A stretch of DNA of 62,770 bases, filler included, from Phoronis australis (taxonomy: Eukaryota > Animalia > Phoronida), in the NCBI GenBank assembly GCA_002633005.1. It is 12 parts of 12 records of this genome, joined end to end, with 100 filler letters (N's around TTAATTAATTAA, not from the genome) between each part and the next. Parts side by side here need not be neighbours in the genome. Positions count along the whole stretch, not along the records: positions 30,194 to 42,612 come from NMRA01000604.1; positions 42,713 to 44,876 come from NMRA01002028.1; positions 44,977 to 47,620 come from NMRA01003532.1; positions 47,721 to 52,170 come from NMRA01000023.1; 8 more parts are not named here. The stretch is one strand, 5' to 3'. Every line of letters begins with the position of its first letter. Position 1 is the first letter of the stretch. Shown here piece by piece: positions 36,437-50,165 of this stretch. Below the pieces are notes generated by a model that was not told the origin of the DNA, ran no database searches, and saw only the letters and a list, made by a program, of their open reading frames with translations. Made by a program: the position numbers and the translations under genes.

Positions 36437-39179
36437 GTAGTGTATCGAACAAGGTTTTAACATCAGATTTCTTGAAGGCCTTTTCAAGACTTGCTTATTC
36501 TGTACATATATGCTACAATACAAAAATTTGTAGCTTAAGTCACATTTACACACTGTTGACATGGCTCAGTCTAACGTGGTGCAACTATAGAGCTCTATAA
36601 ACAGAGGCAGAAGCAGAGGAAAAAGACACACATTGTCAACTCGGGGCTCAACCGTTTGCATAAGGTCAGTTCGGGAAATGTGACCTGATAAAATTCCAAG
36701 GTCGACGAACGGGAACTGAGGTCGCCAAACCTCGTTGGTAAGAGCTGAAATTAATTAGATATTTGAAGTGAAAAACCTCACCGAGATCACCCACACTATT
36801 AGGAGAATGGAAAATAACCCGAGCGTCTCGCGTGTTTGGTGACAACCGATTCCTCCCTTTCAGGCTTAATATCTTGTGCACAGGTTCACCTCCTAAGCGG
36901 TCAATCGTGATTGGGCCTGTCCAATTTTTACTTAACAATTCCGACTTCCGTATTTATTTCCTGTAGTATTTTGAGTGCTTGCTCAGTTATGACGAGGCAA
37001 CTTCGTGGCAACCTGAGATTTTTACTAGATCACCAATTTGAGGTCACAAATCGAGCCCTCACATATAAACCCAAAACACTGCAAAGATAGTAGTCACCAT
37101 CTCAATAATTGCACATGCACAGCTGTGCATGGGTATTCATTTTTGTGCCATTGTAAGACTGAGCAGGCACTCTGTTTTCATTTCCTGTCAATAACTTGCT
37201 TCCGTGTTGTCGCAGTTTTCGAGAGTGTGGTGTAAATAGCTACTTACGCGGATCAACACTCACATAGTCATTTCATTCTCTGAATGTATCCTGGAGACAG
37301 AGCAGTTGATTTTATTCACTCACCATGCAATGACTTTGTCATTTGAAGTAAAGAAAAAATAAAACATAACTTTATTAATTTTATAAACCTTGCCAAATCG
37401 AATTTTTTAACAAAATGTGAAATTTTCAGATTATTATTATTATGGGAGCATTTTTCTTTTAGGGTTATTCAAAGCTTGAGACACAGTTTTATCTAGCACT
37501 AGAGAACAGTTTGTCATTCATGTTTAGCATTCAGTTTGCCATTTCCGTAAAAGTGTTGCAAAGGTTTTGATGCAATGTTTAGAGTAGTAGTGACAATATT
37601 CGCACTTGAAATTTTTACATTTTACATGGTGATGTAAAATTGCTAGTATACATTCAGGTAATTTGTGACTTTGATTAGTTGTTGTTCGTTTTTTTGTCTT
37701 TGGCTTTCCATGGCAACAAAAATATGATGAAGTTATTTTCTAATCTCAAGCTTGTCTGTGTTTACCTTCGTATCCCATGTCTCAGCACTTATGGGCTGGA
37801 TCGATAATTCTACTAGACATGGAGGCTTGGTTGTCATGTTCATTTACGACAAAAATGCAAAATTAATGACGTGGTTATTTTGAATGCTTTGTGTAATTCT
37901 CATAACTTTAAATGTGAACATTAATAGTTTTAGGATAATCATCATTTTGCCTTGCCGGCCTGGTAGATTATTCATTAGTTTTTGAAAGAAATAACTTCCC
38001 CTCTACCTAAGAATTATCCGTGGTGAAAATTCGTCTAGCACGTGGAAGATCGGCTGTAAATCTTAATCACAACTGGTCACGAGTCATTTGTAATTCGATT
38101 GGCTGAACTGGACTTGCAGTCAGTAAGTTGTCGGTGAAATGCACTTACCTACAGTAATTTATGATATGTCGTTATTGGTTCAAATGCTTGGAAACATAAA
38201 AATACGCAGTGCTTTGTATGTGAACCTAGTGGTATGCATTCTCTCTGTGTTTGTAATAAACAACTAAATTATCAAAGATATTAATTGTCTTTAGAGCATC
38301 TAAGTGTGTTTGAGTTTATCTCAATTTCCCATTTCATGTTATTTAGATGAACTTAATTTTTATATGCCAGTTTCCAAATTCTGATTAATATGTAAAACAG
38401 AGCTTGACGATCAAGTTCTGATGAGTTATTGATTGCCTTATTGAACACAAGTGCTTAGATTAACTTACCAGTGGGACAGGTAACTTTGAAGATTCATTTG
38501 CCAATGCAGTGGGTTATTGTCTCGCCTTGCAGTAAATTTGAACTATTTATTTCAGTTACGGTATTAACATCATGTTATAAATATCTAAAACTGGGTTATT
38601 TTTACCACCTGGTGTGTTATTCTAAGGTGCCATGCTAAAATTATGTTTCAGACATAGTTTTAGACAACTGACTGCTAGTTGTCCAGTTTCTGAATCAGTT
38701 TTGAGTATGTGGGTCTGTAATAATAAACTCACCATCTAATCTCGGGGTATAACCAGGATTTCATAAATAAAGTGTCCAAAATGGGTTTTTCGGTTGTCTC
38801 AGAACATTGATAACTGCTTTGGTATGTCTCCAGGCCTTAGTCAAATTGCTGTTATAGTGTTCTTGTGGAGACATGGGTCTGCAATAAAGTTTAAAAGTGT
38901 TCTGTATCATCATGTCTTAACTTTTGTACCTGGACATGTCGATAATCTTCCACAGCTGTTGTTAGCAAGTTAAAAGCGACACCAATGTTTTCTTGTTTAC
39001 TTTACTTGTGTCTTTAAATGCTGAACAGGATGTCCCAGCTCGGGTATCTAAATTTGAGCCAGTGTGTCCATTTGGACGCTCACTATACGAAGGATTGGTC
39101 ATGTCACATATGAATGGTAGGTCATCACATAAGTGTCACGTACCGACTGTTCAACGTGACCTCTTGCCTCTGTTTTCAG

Positions 39180-39313
39180 TTCCCAACTCGACCATAGAGC
39201 TTGTGACTCAGATCGGCTATCGCAATAAAGGCGATGAGGAAGACAAGTGGACAATGCTGGCTAGCTCGACGGAGGTCAGGAAACTCAACTGTAATCTGAC
39301 CAGTATCATCCAT
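39180..39313 (+). CDS. wls: Wntless, next exon
   Basis: (V)PNSTIELVTQIGYRNKGDEEDKWTMLASSTEVRKLNCNL aligns with WLS 'NAEVSMDVSLAYRDD..EWTEMAHERVPRKLKCTF'; acceptor ttttcag|, donor |gtgagt; phase-compatible with the previous exon. Confidence 0.92.
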
Positions 39314-39792
39314 GTGAGTTCTTGGACATTTAGTTTTCCAAGAGGGTTGTCGAAAGTTGCTTTGCTTAATCAAAAATTTGGCTATAAGCCTGATGAACTC
39401 CAGATGCAACAGGATGTCTTAAAATCTCACCTATCCAAGGCACAGTAAGGCAGATAAAGAAAGTTTGATTTTTCTATGAAAGATAATTAACATGTGTCAA
39501 ATAAATGCTGTGCTGTTTTAAAGTGCTATGCTGCAGCTGCCATTGAACAGGGTGTTGAGGAGTGGTGGTCATTCACCACAATGCCTTTGGAAAGTGAAAA
39601 AGAAATTTTGGCAATAGGGACGGAAAGTGTGATGTCTCTTTACTGGGTTCACTTAGGACATCCCGCCATCTTGGCTGTAATCTTGCCACTTCTCTATGGG
39701 AAGTTGCATTAGGTAAAAAGGTTGTAACTGGAAAATCACCAGTTCAACTCTGCTTTAGAACTGTGTGGTTAATACGTGTGGTACACAGATCC

Positions 39793-40357
39793 TGTAAGTG
39801 CCGACGCACTCTTGTGTTTGTAGTCTGACTATATTCGCCATCTGTTGGTGGTTTATGTGTTTGCTCTCCAGCTTCTACCGCGTATATTTTTCCACGTGAC
39901 TAATTCTTCAATAGAATTTTGCATATGTATAACTGCTCGGCACACCATAGTTTATAGCTGTAACGCGCGCCAGCTTAGCTCATTCGTGCTTCAACGTTCT
40001 TACATGTATCTTGAGTTTCAGTTTAGTCGTGATCTATGCCGCAAATTGGTGTAAGTATTTTGTACTTAGTTTTGTTACAGTACATAGTCAGTACTTCAAC
40101 GTAATTGTAACGCGTACTCTGTAACTTTAATTAGCGTTGCCTCTAGTAGTTTGACGTTGTCCGAATAAGAATATATGCAATGTTTAACGTTAGTATTGTA
40201 ACTTTGTAAACGACCAACGTATTGTTCAATTGTCTCATAGAACGTTTTTTGTACGTTACAGTTGAACCGAGTAACTATAAGAAAGAAACGAATAAAGTTT
40301 GTCAACGCAACTTATGCTCGAGTTCTCCATGTGGCTTTAACGTTTTTCGCGACCACA
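39793..40357 (+). mobile_element. Solo LTR of the same BEL/Pao family
   Basis: TG...CA ends with its own 5-bp TSD GATCC (39788-39792 and 40358-40362). Confidence 0.92.
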
Positions 40358-41000
40358 GATCCTGTGGCATGAGCTTCAGATTTTAAAAAGTTACATTTAA
40401 TTGAATCTTGCCGGTTTCAACAAATATGTTAGTGCAAAGGAATAGTTCACGGCCACATTAATCGCCTCCAATTTAGAGGTGTTGCTAGGGATATGACGTC
40501 ATCACTTTCCGACTCAATTATTATTAGTATTAGCATTATTGTATGAAATTATTGAGATTTTACTGTAGCGCTAAATTTTTCCGATTTTCAATGGGAAGAG
40601 ATTTTGAAATTAGTACTTTTTTCGACGAAAAAGTCTCTTTTTTGTTGTCAGCATGTGTTTTTTTTTCTGCTTAAATCCACTCACTCCACTTCAGTAAAAT
40701 TCTTTAAGTTATCAGTTTTTTTTTCGAGAAGTGCTTAAGTTAAGACTTTTTTTGAGAACGCCTGTCCAGTATACCCTCCTTTGTGCGTAAACACATTGCA
40801 ACATTCCATGGAGTCTGCCAAAGAGTGATTCTTTGTTGTTGAAGGACACGTTTGTGAAGGAAAAATATTCGCAACATTCCTGAAATGTTTGACACATGGT
40901 GGCATCATTGTCTGGAGGGGAGGGGCAATAGTGGTGGGCAGTAATTTTCAACAGTTATATGTAGTCTGTTTGAAACTGAGTGTCAACTAGTTCTGCCATA

Positions 41001-41393
41001 CATTACAACTGTTGGGTGTTACAGGATGAGAAACATAACGGTGAACATTACGACTTTTGGGTGTTATAGGATGAGAAACACAGCAGTGAACATTATGACT
41101 GTTGGGTGTTATAGGATGAGAAACATAGCTGTGAATATTAGGACTTTTGAGTGTTATAGGATGAGAAACACTGCAGTGAACTTTATGACTGTTGGGTGTT
41201 ATAGGATGAGAAACATAGCTGTGAATATTAGGACTTTTGAGTGTTATAGGATGAGAAACACTGCAGTGAACATTATGACTGTTGTGTGTTATAGGATGAG
41301 AAACATAGCAGTGAACATGACAAATGTTGTGTGTTATAGGATGAGAAACATAGCGGTTAACATTACAACTGTTGTGTGTTATAGGATGAGAAA
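41001..41393. repeat. 45-bp minisatellite, ~8.7 copies
   Basis: Unit g(g/a/t)gtgttataggatgagaaaca...gtgaa(c/t)att; units start at 41014, 41059 and so on. Confidence 0.95.
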
Positions 41394-41401
41394 NGTGAAC
41401 T

Positions 41402-42420
41402 TTAAAGGAAAATAAATGATTTTTCCCGCCACCTGATGTAATCGGTGGAAGACGTTGGTCAGCTGACAGTAAATATGCTACCAGATGGCGGATAGTAGTG
41501 ATTCTGTGTGTGTTTGTGTTTCTGGAACAATCAAAACTAATTTTAATCATACTAACTGGTAAATCATACTCGTTTCTCACTTTTCTATTCCAAAATTATA
41601 AAAGCTGTCTACCGTTGTGATTCGTAGAATATTTCGGTCCAGCCTCTCTATGACTGCTGCGATCGTGACTTCAAACTATTTGCATAGCATCTAAATGACA
41701 TTTTCTGCTATCTAAGCATTGGCGTAAATTTGGATAGCATAAATATCCATAAAGTCGTGAACAACAATAGACTGAAGGAAACTCAGTGCAATCACCGTCA
41801 GTCACATTTTGATGCTGAGTCTCGTGCTCTATATAATTATGCGTTTGGCATCAACTTTGCCAGCAATACCGAACCACATTACACTCTTTATCAATTAAAC
41901 AAGTTTTCAAGTTGGAGAAACCTTCCTCAAATGCACGAGGGAATGAAACACAGTTCTTCAAAATAGCTTGAGCTTAGAGTGGCCCCTGAACTGATCGCTT
42001 GCTCCAAGGTGTACTGCCATACCCGTATCCAACGCACGAACTGTATTATGTCTGGACGATCGTGGTGTCATTTGGAACCACAAAAACTGACCTGTATTCC
42101 ATTCGAGTACTATTACCGCATCGTCCACACATGCAACTGTTCAAAATACTCAGTCGAACTCAGTTTTTGAGACCCCTATGTCTCAGGGCTGTTGTAGAAC
42201 AACACCATGGCGGTGGCTGGGTCCACTGATGACGTAACACAAAACGTTATTCTTGCGGCTATTTCTTTATTAAAAGTAGTCACTAACTGAAGAAAAAATA
42301 ATTGAAATATCTTTCCAAAATTGTTGTTACGACCATGGTATGAAAGGTTTAATACGTCAATAATAAAAATGTTGTTGACCTGTGACATTAGAGTGTAAAA
42401 AAATAAACACGCTCACTCGA
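41402..42420 (-). mobile_element. Possible decayed Kolobok-type element with KolX (P2X7 ballast-like) remnants
   Basis: TTAA|AGG end at 41402; minus-strand motifs CMCGRC (42118-42135), QFVRWI (42026-42043), IPSC (41933-41944) in the expected order but with atypical spacing. Confidence 0.35.
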
Positions 42421-42712
42421 AATTGGATTTGAGACGTGTACTATATGTTCATGAACTTTGCTTTTCATTCTGCTTTCCAGGCCGGGGAAACTTTGACCGT
42501 GAACGTTGTTGCAAATAAAATTACATCCATTGTTCGCTTTTCCATACGACTGTTGATTCCCCAACTAAAAGATCTTAATATTAACTTAAAACTGGCCCCC
42601 AATTAGAAACCTNNNNNNNNNNNNNNNNNNNNNNNNNNNNNNNNNNNNNNNNNNNNTTAATTAATTAANNNNNNNNNNNNNNNNNNNNNNNNNNNNNNNN
42701 NNNNNNNNNNNN

Positions 42713-43515
42713 TGCCTCGCACCGACTAAACCATCAAAGTCACGTTGTTATAAATACCTTTTGCGCATAGAGGAACACCTTAGGAGGTTGTCGATGTGTT
42801 TAAGTCCTTCCAACTCAAACAAATACTCCCGTTATGAAACTTTTTCTTCGATCAGTCTCTATTTCAGCTCCCAAAATCGTGAAATCAAAATTTTTGTACT
42901 GCGCACGCTCCAATATTTTTACCGCGCTCGCTAGGTGATGTGACTTCATAACCTCAATAATTTTTAAATAGGCCAAAGGTGAGCCATTGCGGTCTTGTCA
43001 GTCAAATGTTCGTTTCCAAAATGCCACCACTTATACTTGTCTTTAATTGGCATTACTTGAAACTGTTTGTATTTCAATGAATTATTGTTTGTATTTGATA
43101 AAAATAAATGCTGTTGATATAACATTTAATAGTCTTTGTGCACATATTTGACATTTTAATGTTTAACAACACGGCAAATGCACGGCTGGTTCCCGGCAGC
43201 ACGTACGCAAAGGGCGGGAACTTCAGCTTTCAAAGTTCGCCGGTAGGATCGCAACTTCTGACCTTCGGCCTGGTTAAAAAAATGAAAATTTTGATTTCAC
43301 GATTTTGGGAACTGAAATAGGGACTGATCGAAGAAAACGTTTCATAACGGGAGTATTTGTTGGAGTTGAAAGGACTTAAACACATCGACAACCTCCTAAA
43401 GTGTTCCTCTATGTGCAAAAGGTATTTATAACAACGTGACTTTGATGGTTTAGTCTGTGCGAGGCATAATTCGCCGAAAAGCTTCCGGCGTACAGAGCGC
43501 CTATAGCCTCTACAT
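42713..43515. mobile_element. Foldback/MITE with long TIRs, left end cut by scaffold start
   Basis: 42713-42893 is the near reverse complement of 43285-43466; right arm ends gcctatagcctcta. Confidence 0.8.
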
Positions 43516-46500
43516 CGCCTCTGCTTCGGGCCAACAGAGGCGATGGTCATTGCCTAGCACGCGTCAAGTGAATGTCATATCCTCTGGTGTGCGCAGAGTG
43601 AAAATGCAGGTGGTATGATGTCATATCCGCTGGCGTGCGCAGAGTGAAAATGGCGAGTTACTGATTTCAGGAACTGAACAAGGGATTTCTCGAAGAAAAA
43701 GTTTGATTTAACAGGAGTATTTGTTAGAGTTGGAATGAAGCAGGCTTGGCAATGCAGGCAATGGCCATTCCAAAGACCCTCCATTGGCCAGAAACGTTAT
43801 GGCAAATTATGCCTTACAGGCTTAATCATCAAAAGTCACATTGCAATAAGTATCAGCAAAAAACCAGTACTTCTCCTTTGTGTTGACTGTTCTTGTTTTC
43901 AAAAATGGGAGGTTTCAAAGACATTTGAACTGTGCCACTTCACAGGTGTTTCAAAACCTGCCTGGGTTTTAACATAATCATCTGTTCTGCAGACGTTTCC
44001 TTCAGAAGAATTTACAATACCAAATTAAAGAAATTTGTGTTTGAAAGGACTATTCCAAGAACTCGACTTCGTTGTCTGTTTTCGCTTTTGCAAGTGTTTC
44101 CAAATCACATAAAAGTAAAATTTCTGTCAGTTGGTTAACTTTTGACACCTTTTTTGATATCACAACATTTTGCCGCAAAGGTATTGTTGATAAAATGGCG
44201 TGGGGAATAAGATATTTGTCTGGAATGTGTTGATATTTCTGTACATACTGCCGACTTTTTTCATCAACCGACAAGTTACGTGTCTTACAAGTACCATTTG
44301 AGTATAGAATGATATTTTTGAAGACTGGGTGACTTAAAATCCTTTCAACTCGTATACTGTCTTCAAAGGTTTTAATTTTCCTCTTTTAAGAGGATTTCCT
44401 CTGTTATGGTTTCGATTTCCTCTTTATTTCCAGTTTCCTCTTTTTTGTCCCTTTTTATCATTATTTTTACTTTATTCATGCAATAACGTTTATTTCAGTT
44501 AAATTTTACAACACAAAAATATTTTAATCACCCAAGCCTATTTGTGGAATGATACCTCACCTAGAAAATTTTCCTCTTTTTGTGATTGATCATTCGAAGC
44601 CCTGTGTCTTGAACACTCTGTCGAAATTAAACTATATAGCTAGTTAGGTCAGATGGAGCTGTCTGACTGAGACTGATGGCCAACCAAGGAGAATGCCTTT
44701 GCCTGTGGTCAGTGAGGGAATATAGGTGTGTACCCTTCAGCAGTTCCAGTGGTGAGATGAGTTGCAAGTTAAATCTTTGCTTGCCATTGGTGGTGGTGGT
44801 TGTTGCCGTGTGATAATATACGAAAGATTGTAATGGTATGGTAAACTTTATTCTTTGTTCCGTGGCCCAAAGTGGCNNNNNNNNNNNNNNNNNNNNNNNN
44901 NNNNNNNNNNNNNNNNNNNNTTAATTAATTAANNNNNNNNNNNNNNNNNNNNNNNNNNNNNNNNNNNNNNNNNNNNTATCATATTTGCATCTTCAAGTTT
45001 TTTTGTTGTTAAAAGTTGAGTGTTGCTCATCTTTGGCAGCAGCTTCCTGGTTGTCCGTGATGTCACTGGTTGTTTCTGAGCCGACAGCTATCCCATGATG
45101 TACAATTTGAAAAACAACTACAAGGTCGTTGATGAAATTCTTAAAAAAGTTAACTTGAATTATTTCAATCGGTGCTGGTTTTGTTTGAAAATGTCGGAAT
45201 TAAAACTTATTTTTCTTAGGACTCGATGTTGTCGCAATCTTCCTTTTAATTTGAGAATGACGTATCAGCAGTCTGAAAATTACTACCTTCGCGGGCAATT
45301 TACCTTGTCTGGCTGAAATACTACCTAATGGCCTATTTCACCTGGTGGCCATGATAACCATGGCAACGGTTGGGCATGAGTGATAGAGGTTCTGGTTGCA
45401 TTGCAGATCTAACTATGAGAAGGGAAATGATATAACATCCAGGATATCTGAGTTGTCACTCATCCAAGTGCACTGATTTTCTGCTGAGTGAAGATTAGTC
45501 ACTGCAGTGAAATGTTGTTTGAGAATGGATTGTTTGGTCCCCAAAGACGTGCACAATAGAAATTGTGTAGTGGATGGTATGGCATGGATGGTATTGTGCT
45601 AGTAAGCTAATGGAAGTGGGTGTTTTTTTTCAATTGGAATTCAATAAGTATATTTGTTGTTGTTGTAAGTTGTGTTTCGGTGTTTATTCGTCATTTCCTC
45701 AAAGACTGTGTGACTTAACTTCAGTGAATCCACTGGTTTACAAGTGTGCCCTGTTCAAAATATTATGGTGGTTCTATACTTATTTCGCTCAAATTTAATC
45801 GTAAGAATGGTCGTTTTTTCATTTTTCAATGGCTGATTGTCGTTTTGCAAGCAGGATGAGAACTTAAGCAAGTGTTGTATTGTGACATCAACGCACTGCT
45901 AACCATGCTTAGAATAGACTAAAATGTTCTTAATCTTTATTTCAACAAAACAGAATTTCACTTATTAGCTATAGTGTGTGCTAAGTAAGTGAAGAATCAT
46001 AGTAACATGAAGTTAAACACATTTAGCAGATATGTACAGTAAAGATGAAGTGAAATTCTATGAACTTTTTATGGGTTGGTAGTTATTGTTATTTTCAGGT
46101 TGAGTAATCAAAATAAATGAATGTGGGTCATTGCTGAAAGTAATTTCTGTGGTGCCAGTCTCTCAAACTCAGACTAATTAGTTAATTAGTTAGATCATAA
46201 ACCTCCTTTTTATACTTGGGTGAACTGATGAACTCCATAGTATGTCATGATTAGCTGATCGCTATTAATAAACTGACAGCACATGGCTTCTGCGAATTTG
46301 GAACAGTACAACATAATCTCAACAACAAAAAACAATTGCTGAGGTGTAGAGATACCATTCATATTGAAAGCCAATGCTAGATAAATAGCTTACAATTGAC
46401 CTTTCAATGATTTTTCATCGGCATGTCCAGAACGAGGAATTAGGGGTAATGCAAAGCGGCTGGGTACTGCTGGTTTCCCATAATTCACTTTTGGCACGCA

Positions 46501-48159
46501 AAAGAGGAATGATGAAGAGGTCAATTTTCAGTTTTGTACAATACAATTATGATCATTGTTACGCCTGCTGCACGTTGCGTGACTTTTCTTGTGTCGGCTA
46601 CTGTAACATTGTAATTTCTTTTCAAACGTTAGTAGTTAGGTCGTTGCACGTTTTCCATAATTCATCACTTTCTGCATGCGTAAGAGAGGACATAAAAAGG
46701 TGAATTCTAAAAGTTTTACAGAGTTATGTTAAGCCTGCCCACATCATGAATATTCCATGACTTGGTTTGTGTCAATCAACTCTGTACATCCTATCAAGCA
46801 TCAACCAGTGGTTTAATCATAACGCTAATGTAATTACTTGAGCCCCATTATTGTGGTGTGTTTCGTGGACGTCCAATTTGAAATACTAAGTCATTAGTAT
46901 TTTATGATCTAAAGCATTTAGTTCAAACGTTAACTCTTTATGAGATTGATAGCACAGTTTTCGGTGTCCACACAGTCATTACTTTGAGCAGTTTTATGTT
47001 CATTCCAATTGGTTGTGTATCTGGTAATTTTTTCAGCCCCGTTGGCTATAAAAACCAGCAGTTTCACTGCTATGATAAGCGGTTTAGACTGACTGGTATC
47101 TGGCCTGGCGGTTGTTTTCTGTGATAACAGCCCCAGCCACGAACTGGGAATGACACAATATCTAGGTGATACCCTGTTTTTGAAAAGCTCACGTGTACCA
47201 GATATTGTGGCACAATCTGAGGTTGGTCTTGTTTACATTGGCCCATGTGAATGCTTTCCTCGAGTTATTGATATCATAATTATTTTTGAGTCACTGCATT
47301 CTTATTTCTGCATTTGCATTTTGTATTTTTAACCTCGAGAACATGATCTGCTTGTATGATCAACGGCTAGATGTGCTTCAGATGCAGACAAGATTGTCTT
47401 GTTTGGGTAATAAGTCTGTGGTTTTTCTCTAGTGTGTATGCAGTTTAACAGCTTCTTATGGGTAGTGGGCGGTGTAGAATATAAGATAAACCAGAAATGG
47501 TGCATAATTCATATCAAAGATTTACACATTATCGTAATTCTTACTTAATTATTATCTCTCAAAGACTGCTTCTTTCAACAATACCCTGTCACAAACCGCT
47601 TCTCTCCTTGGTCACAATTANNNNNNNNNNNNNNNNNNNNNNNNNNNNNNNNNNNNNNNNNNNNTTAATTAATTAANNNNNNNNNNNNNNNNNNNNNNNN
47701 NNNNNNNNNNNNNNNNNNNNTCAGCTATTTCAAATTGGCTGCTCCGTCGAATACATCGAGTACCGCTTCAACTTCCGCGTCGGCAACTAGCATTAGGGGT
47801 ACGGCAAATCCTTTGAACTTCGGGTGTGGGTTCTTCAATTTCAAAGATTAAGTGTACATGTACGGGTCGTTAGCGCTGGATGCAATATATCTCGACACTG
47901 GTCGTGCGGGGGATTCCGTATGAAATCACCTTGACGTCACAGAACAGGAAGGTATTCCCCAAAGATGGCTGCCAGTATATGCCGATCGTCATTGTGACAT
48001 TTATAGTAAAAATAGACGGCAAAAGTTCCTAATGTCAAGTTATTTCTTAATATTTAGGAAACGTAAACAATGAATTGTAGGTTTCACTAAAATTTATTAA
48101 TAATAAATAATAAAATTCTTCGTTTAGCCTTCATTTTCGCTGAGGTTGTCTTGGAACAG

Positions 48160-48257
48160 GCCGTCTTTTTTCCGTCTTGGCCGTGCCGTCCAAAGCCGTC
48201 ATTTTTTTAAAAGGGCCGTCCCAAGGACGGCCAGGACGGCCGCTAGATGAGTCCCTG
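48160..48257. mobile_element. hAT-like transposon end with clustered gccgtc subterminal motifs
   Basis: Multiple gccgtc/gacggc motifs terminating in gagtccctg. Confidence 0.4.
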
Positions 48258-49569
48258 ACGTCAGGACCTATAATTTATAAAGTCGGGACCAAAAACTTAA
48301 AACTTCAGGACAAAAATTTAACAAGCCAGGACCGAAAATTTAACAGTTAGAAGCAAAAATTTCTCACGCCATAAAATATTCATTGCAGGAAACCATCTGA
48401 CCATCTACAAGTATTGACCCCTCAGAGTGATAGATTAACGTCCTCGAATTTTTTCACTTTGGCTTTCCATAGCCAATAGACCCGCTGAAAGCAAATGGGT
48501 AATCTTACCACAGTTCAGCATTTCAAACATGATTGAATAGGCATAAGATTCACACTGTTGTCATAAGGAATGTTAAGATTATGTAGAGCCTTATAGACAA
48601 GCTTGAGTATCTAATCAAAATATCTACTAAACTACAGATTTTAACTAGTCAGTACAAGTACATTCTTCCTGAAATGGGAAAGCTTACACAATTAGATTTT
48701 TGACTTCTTATCAATCTGCCATTAATCGAGTCCAATAATCATGTGTTTTTAGTAATATTAAGCAAAATTCACAGGTTCAAAAATAGTCCAAATCGCAACA
48801 CGACCGCATGCATTAGGTATTCTCCAGGAGTACACTTAAATGTAATAGAGACTAAAACACAAATGTCCAATCCAATATAGTTTACATTGAATTAACACAA
48901 CAACAAAGCCTGTTTGCGCACAGTGTCAGACTACAAATAAGGCAAGTACCCTGCTGAGACCAACAGTGGGGAATTTCGCGTTGCCATAGCTACCTGGTCT
49001 CAACAGCAACTTCCCAGAATACCACAGTGCTTCTCAGATTATGCATTATTTACCCACAATGCTGTACATCTATAGGTCAGTTGACCAGAATTGTACACTG
49101 CTGCTGGCCTTATCATCATTATGTATTAATACTGGTAGCCATTTTGTTATTCTGATGCCAATAATGTTATGCTGTTTCATGGTGAGTTGTAACAGACTTC
49201 AAAAATTTTTGAACATCAGAGTGAGGCACGAAAATTTTGCTCTCGACTTGATGTTATTAGCAGCCTTACATTATGAAAACCAGAAGAGTGATCCGAAGAT
49301 GAAGTTTCTTCTGAGAAAACCAAGATCTCACAAGACATGCAAAATCATGCAAGCGAAAGCCTAAATGACTGATGGCGGCCTGCACCACTGAAGTGATTTG
49401 TTAGTGAGGTTGAAAGTCTTGAAATGTGAGATTGACTTCACTGTTTCCACTCCATAACCATCACAAGTGCAAGCTACTATCTTGCCAAGCAAAAGAGGAA
49501 AGCTAAATACAGGAAGTAGAAATTCGTTTTTCACTCAGGTGAGAAGTGGCACCTCGACATAAAAAGAAC

Positions 49570-49640
49570 TGACAACACCCGAGAGACGACGCTTGACAGA
49601 CAACGCTTGAGAGACAACGCATGTGAGACAATACTTGTGC
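49570..49640. repeat. 14-bp degenerate tandem repeat (gagacaacgcttga)
   Basis: About 4-5 copies, seen directly. Confidence 0.7.
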
Positions 49641-50165
49641 ATAAATTGACCAACTTATTAAGCCTGTTTCCAATCTATAAAAATTAACAGTGACTAGTTT
49701 TAAAACAGGAGTCGTCTAAACTTAGCTATTTATGGAAGGTTGTTTCATAGAGCAGCTCTAAATTTACATAGCACTGTGATGGAAAAGTGGAATTTCACTT
49801 TGTCAAATTTCTCAACAGAAAATACCCGGTAATCAAAAACAAAATAAGAACTAGTAAGGCTATTTCATCTTAAAAAATCTTTCACATTCTTTCTCACCAG
49901 AAAATCCAAAACATCAACAAGACCAAAGTTTCAGAAAATTACAGTTGTGGCCGACTCCTCCCAAAAATTTTTGACTGTTACAAGCCAATCACAAGTCAAC
50001 TTTTTACTCCCAATGGTTGAAACTGGTGTTACGTACCATGACAAGGAAATTCTAAAGCCCAGTTTCACAGCCTGGATTAACACATAGACATAACCCTAGA
50101 TACAATAATTAGTATTCTAGGCTAATTCTTTCTACTATTATTATATTGCCATATGCCTGCTGTAA

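Noticed and set aside
33334-40357. A single 7-kb LTR element that captured wntless exons
   Set aside because: Outer flanks do not match (GTATC vs GATCC), the right LTR has its own TSD, and the wls exons retain introns and splice sites.
40987-41580. His-rich repeat protein ORFs on both strands
   Set aside because: Product of a 45-bp (multiple of 3) intronic minisatellite.
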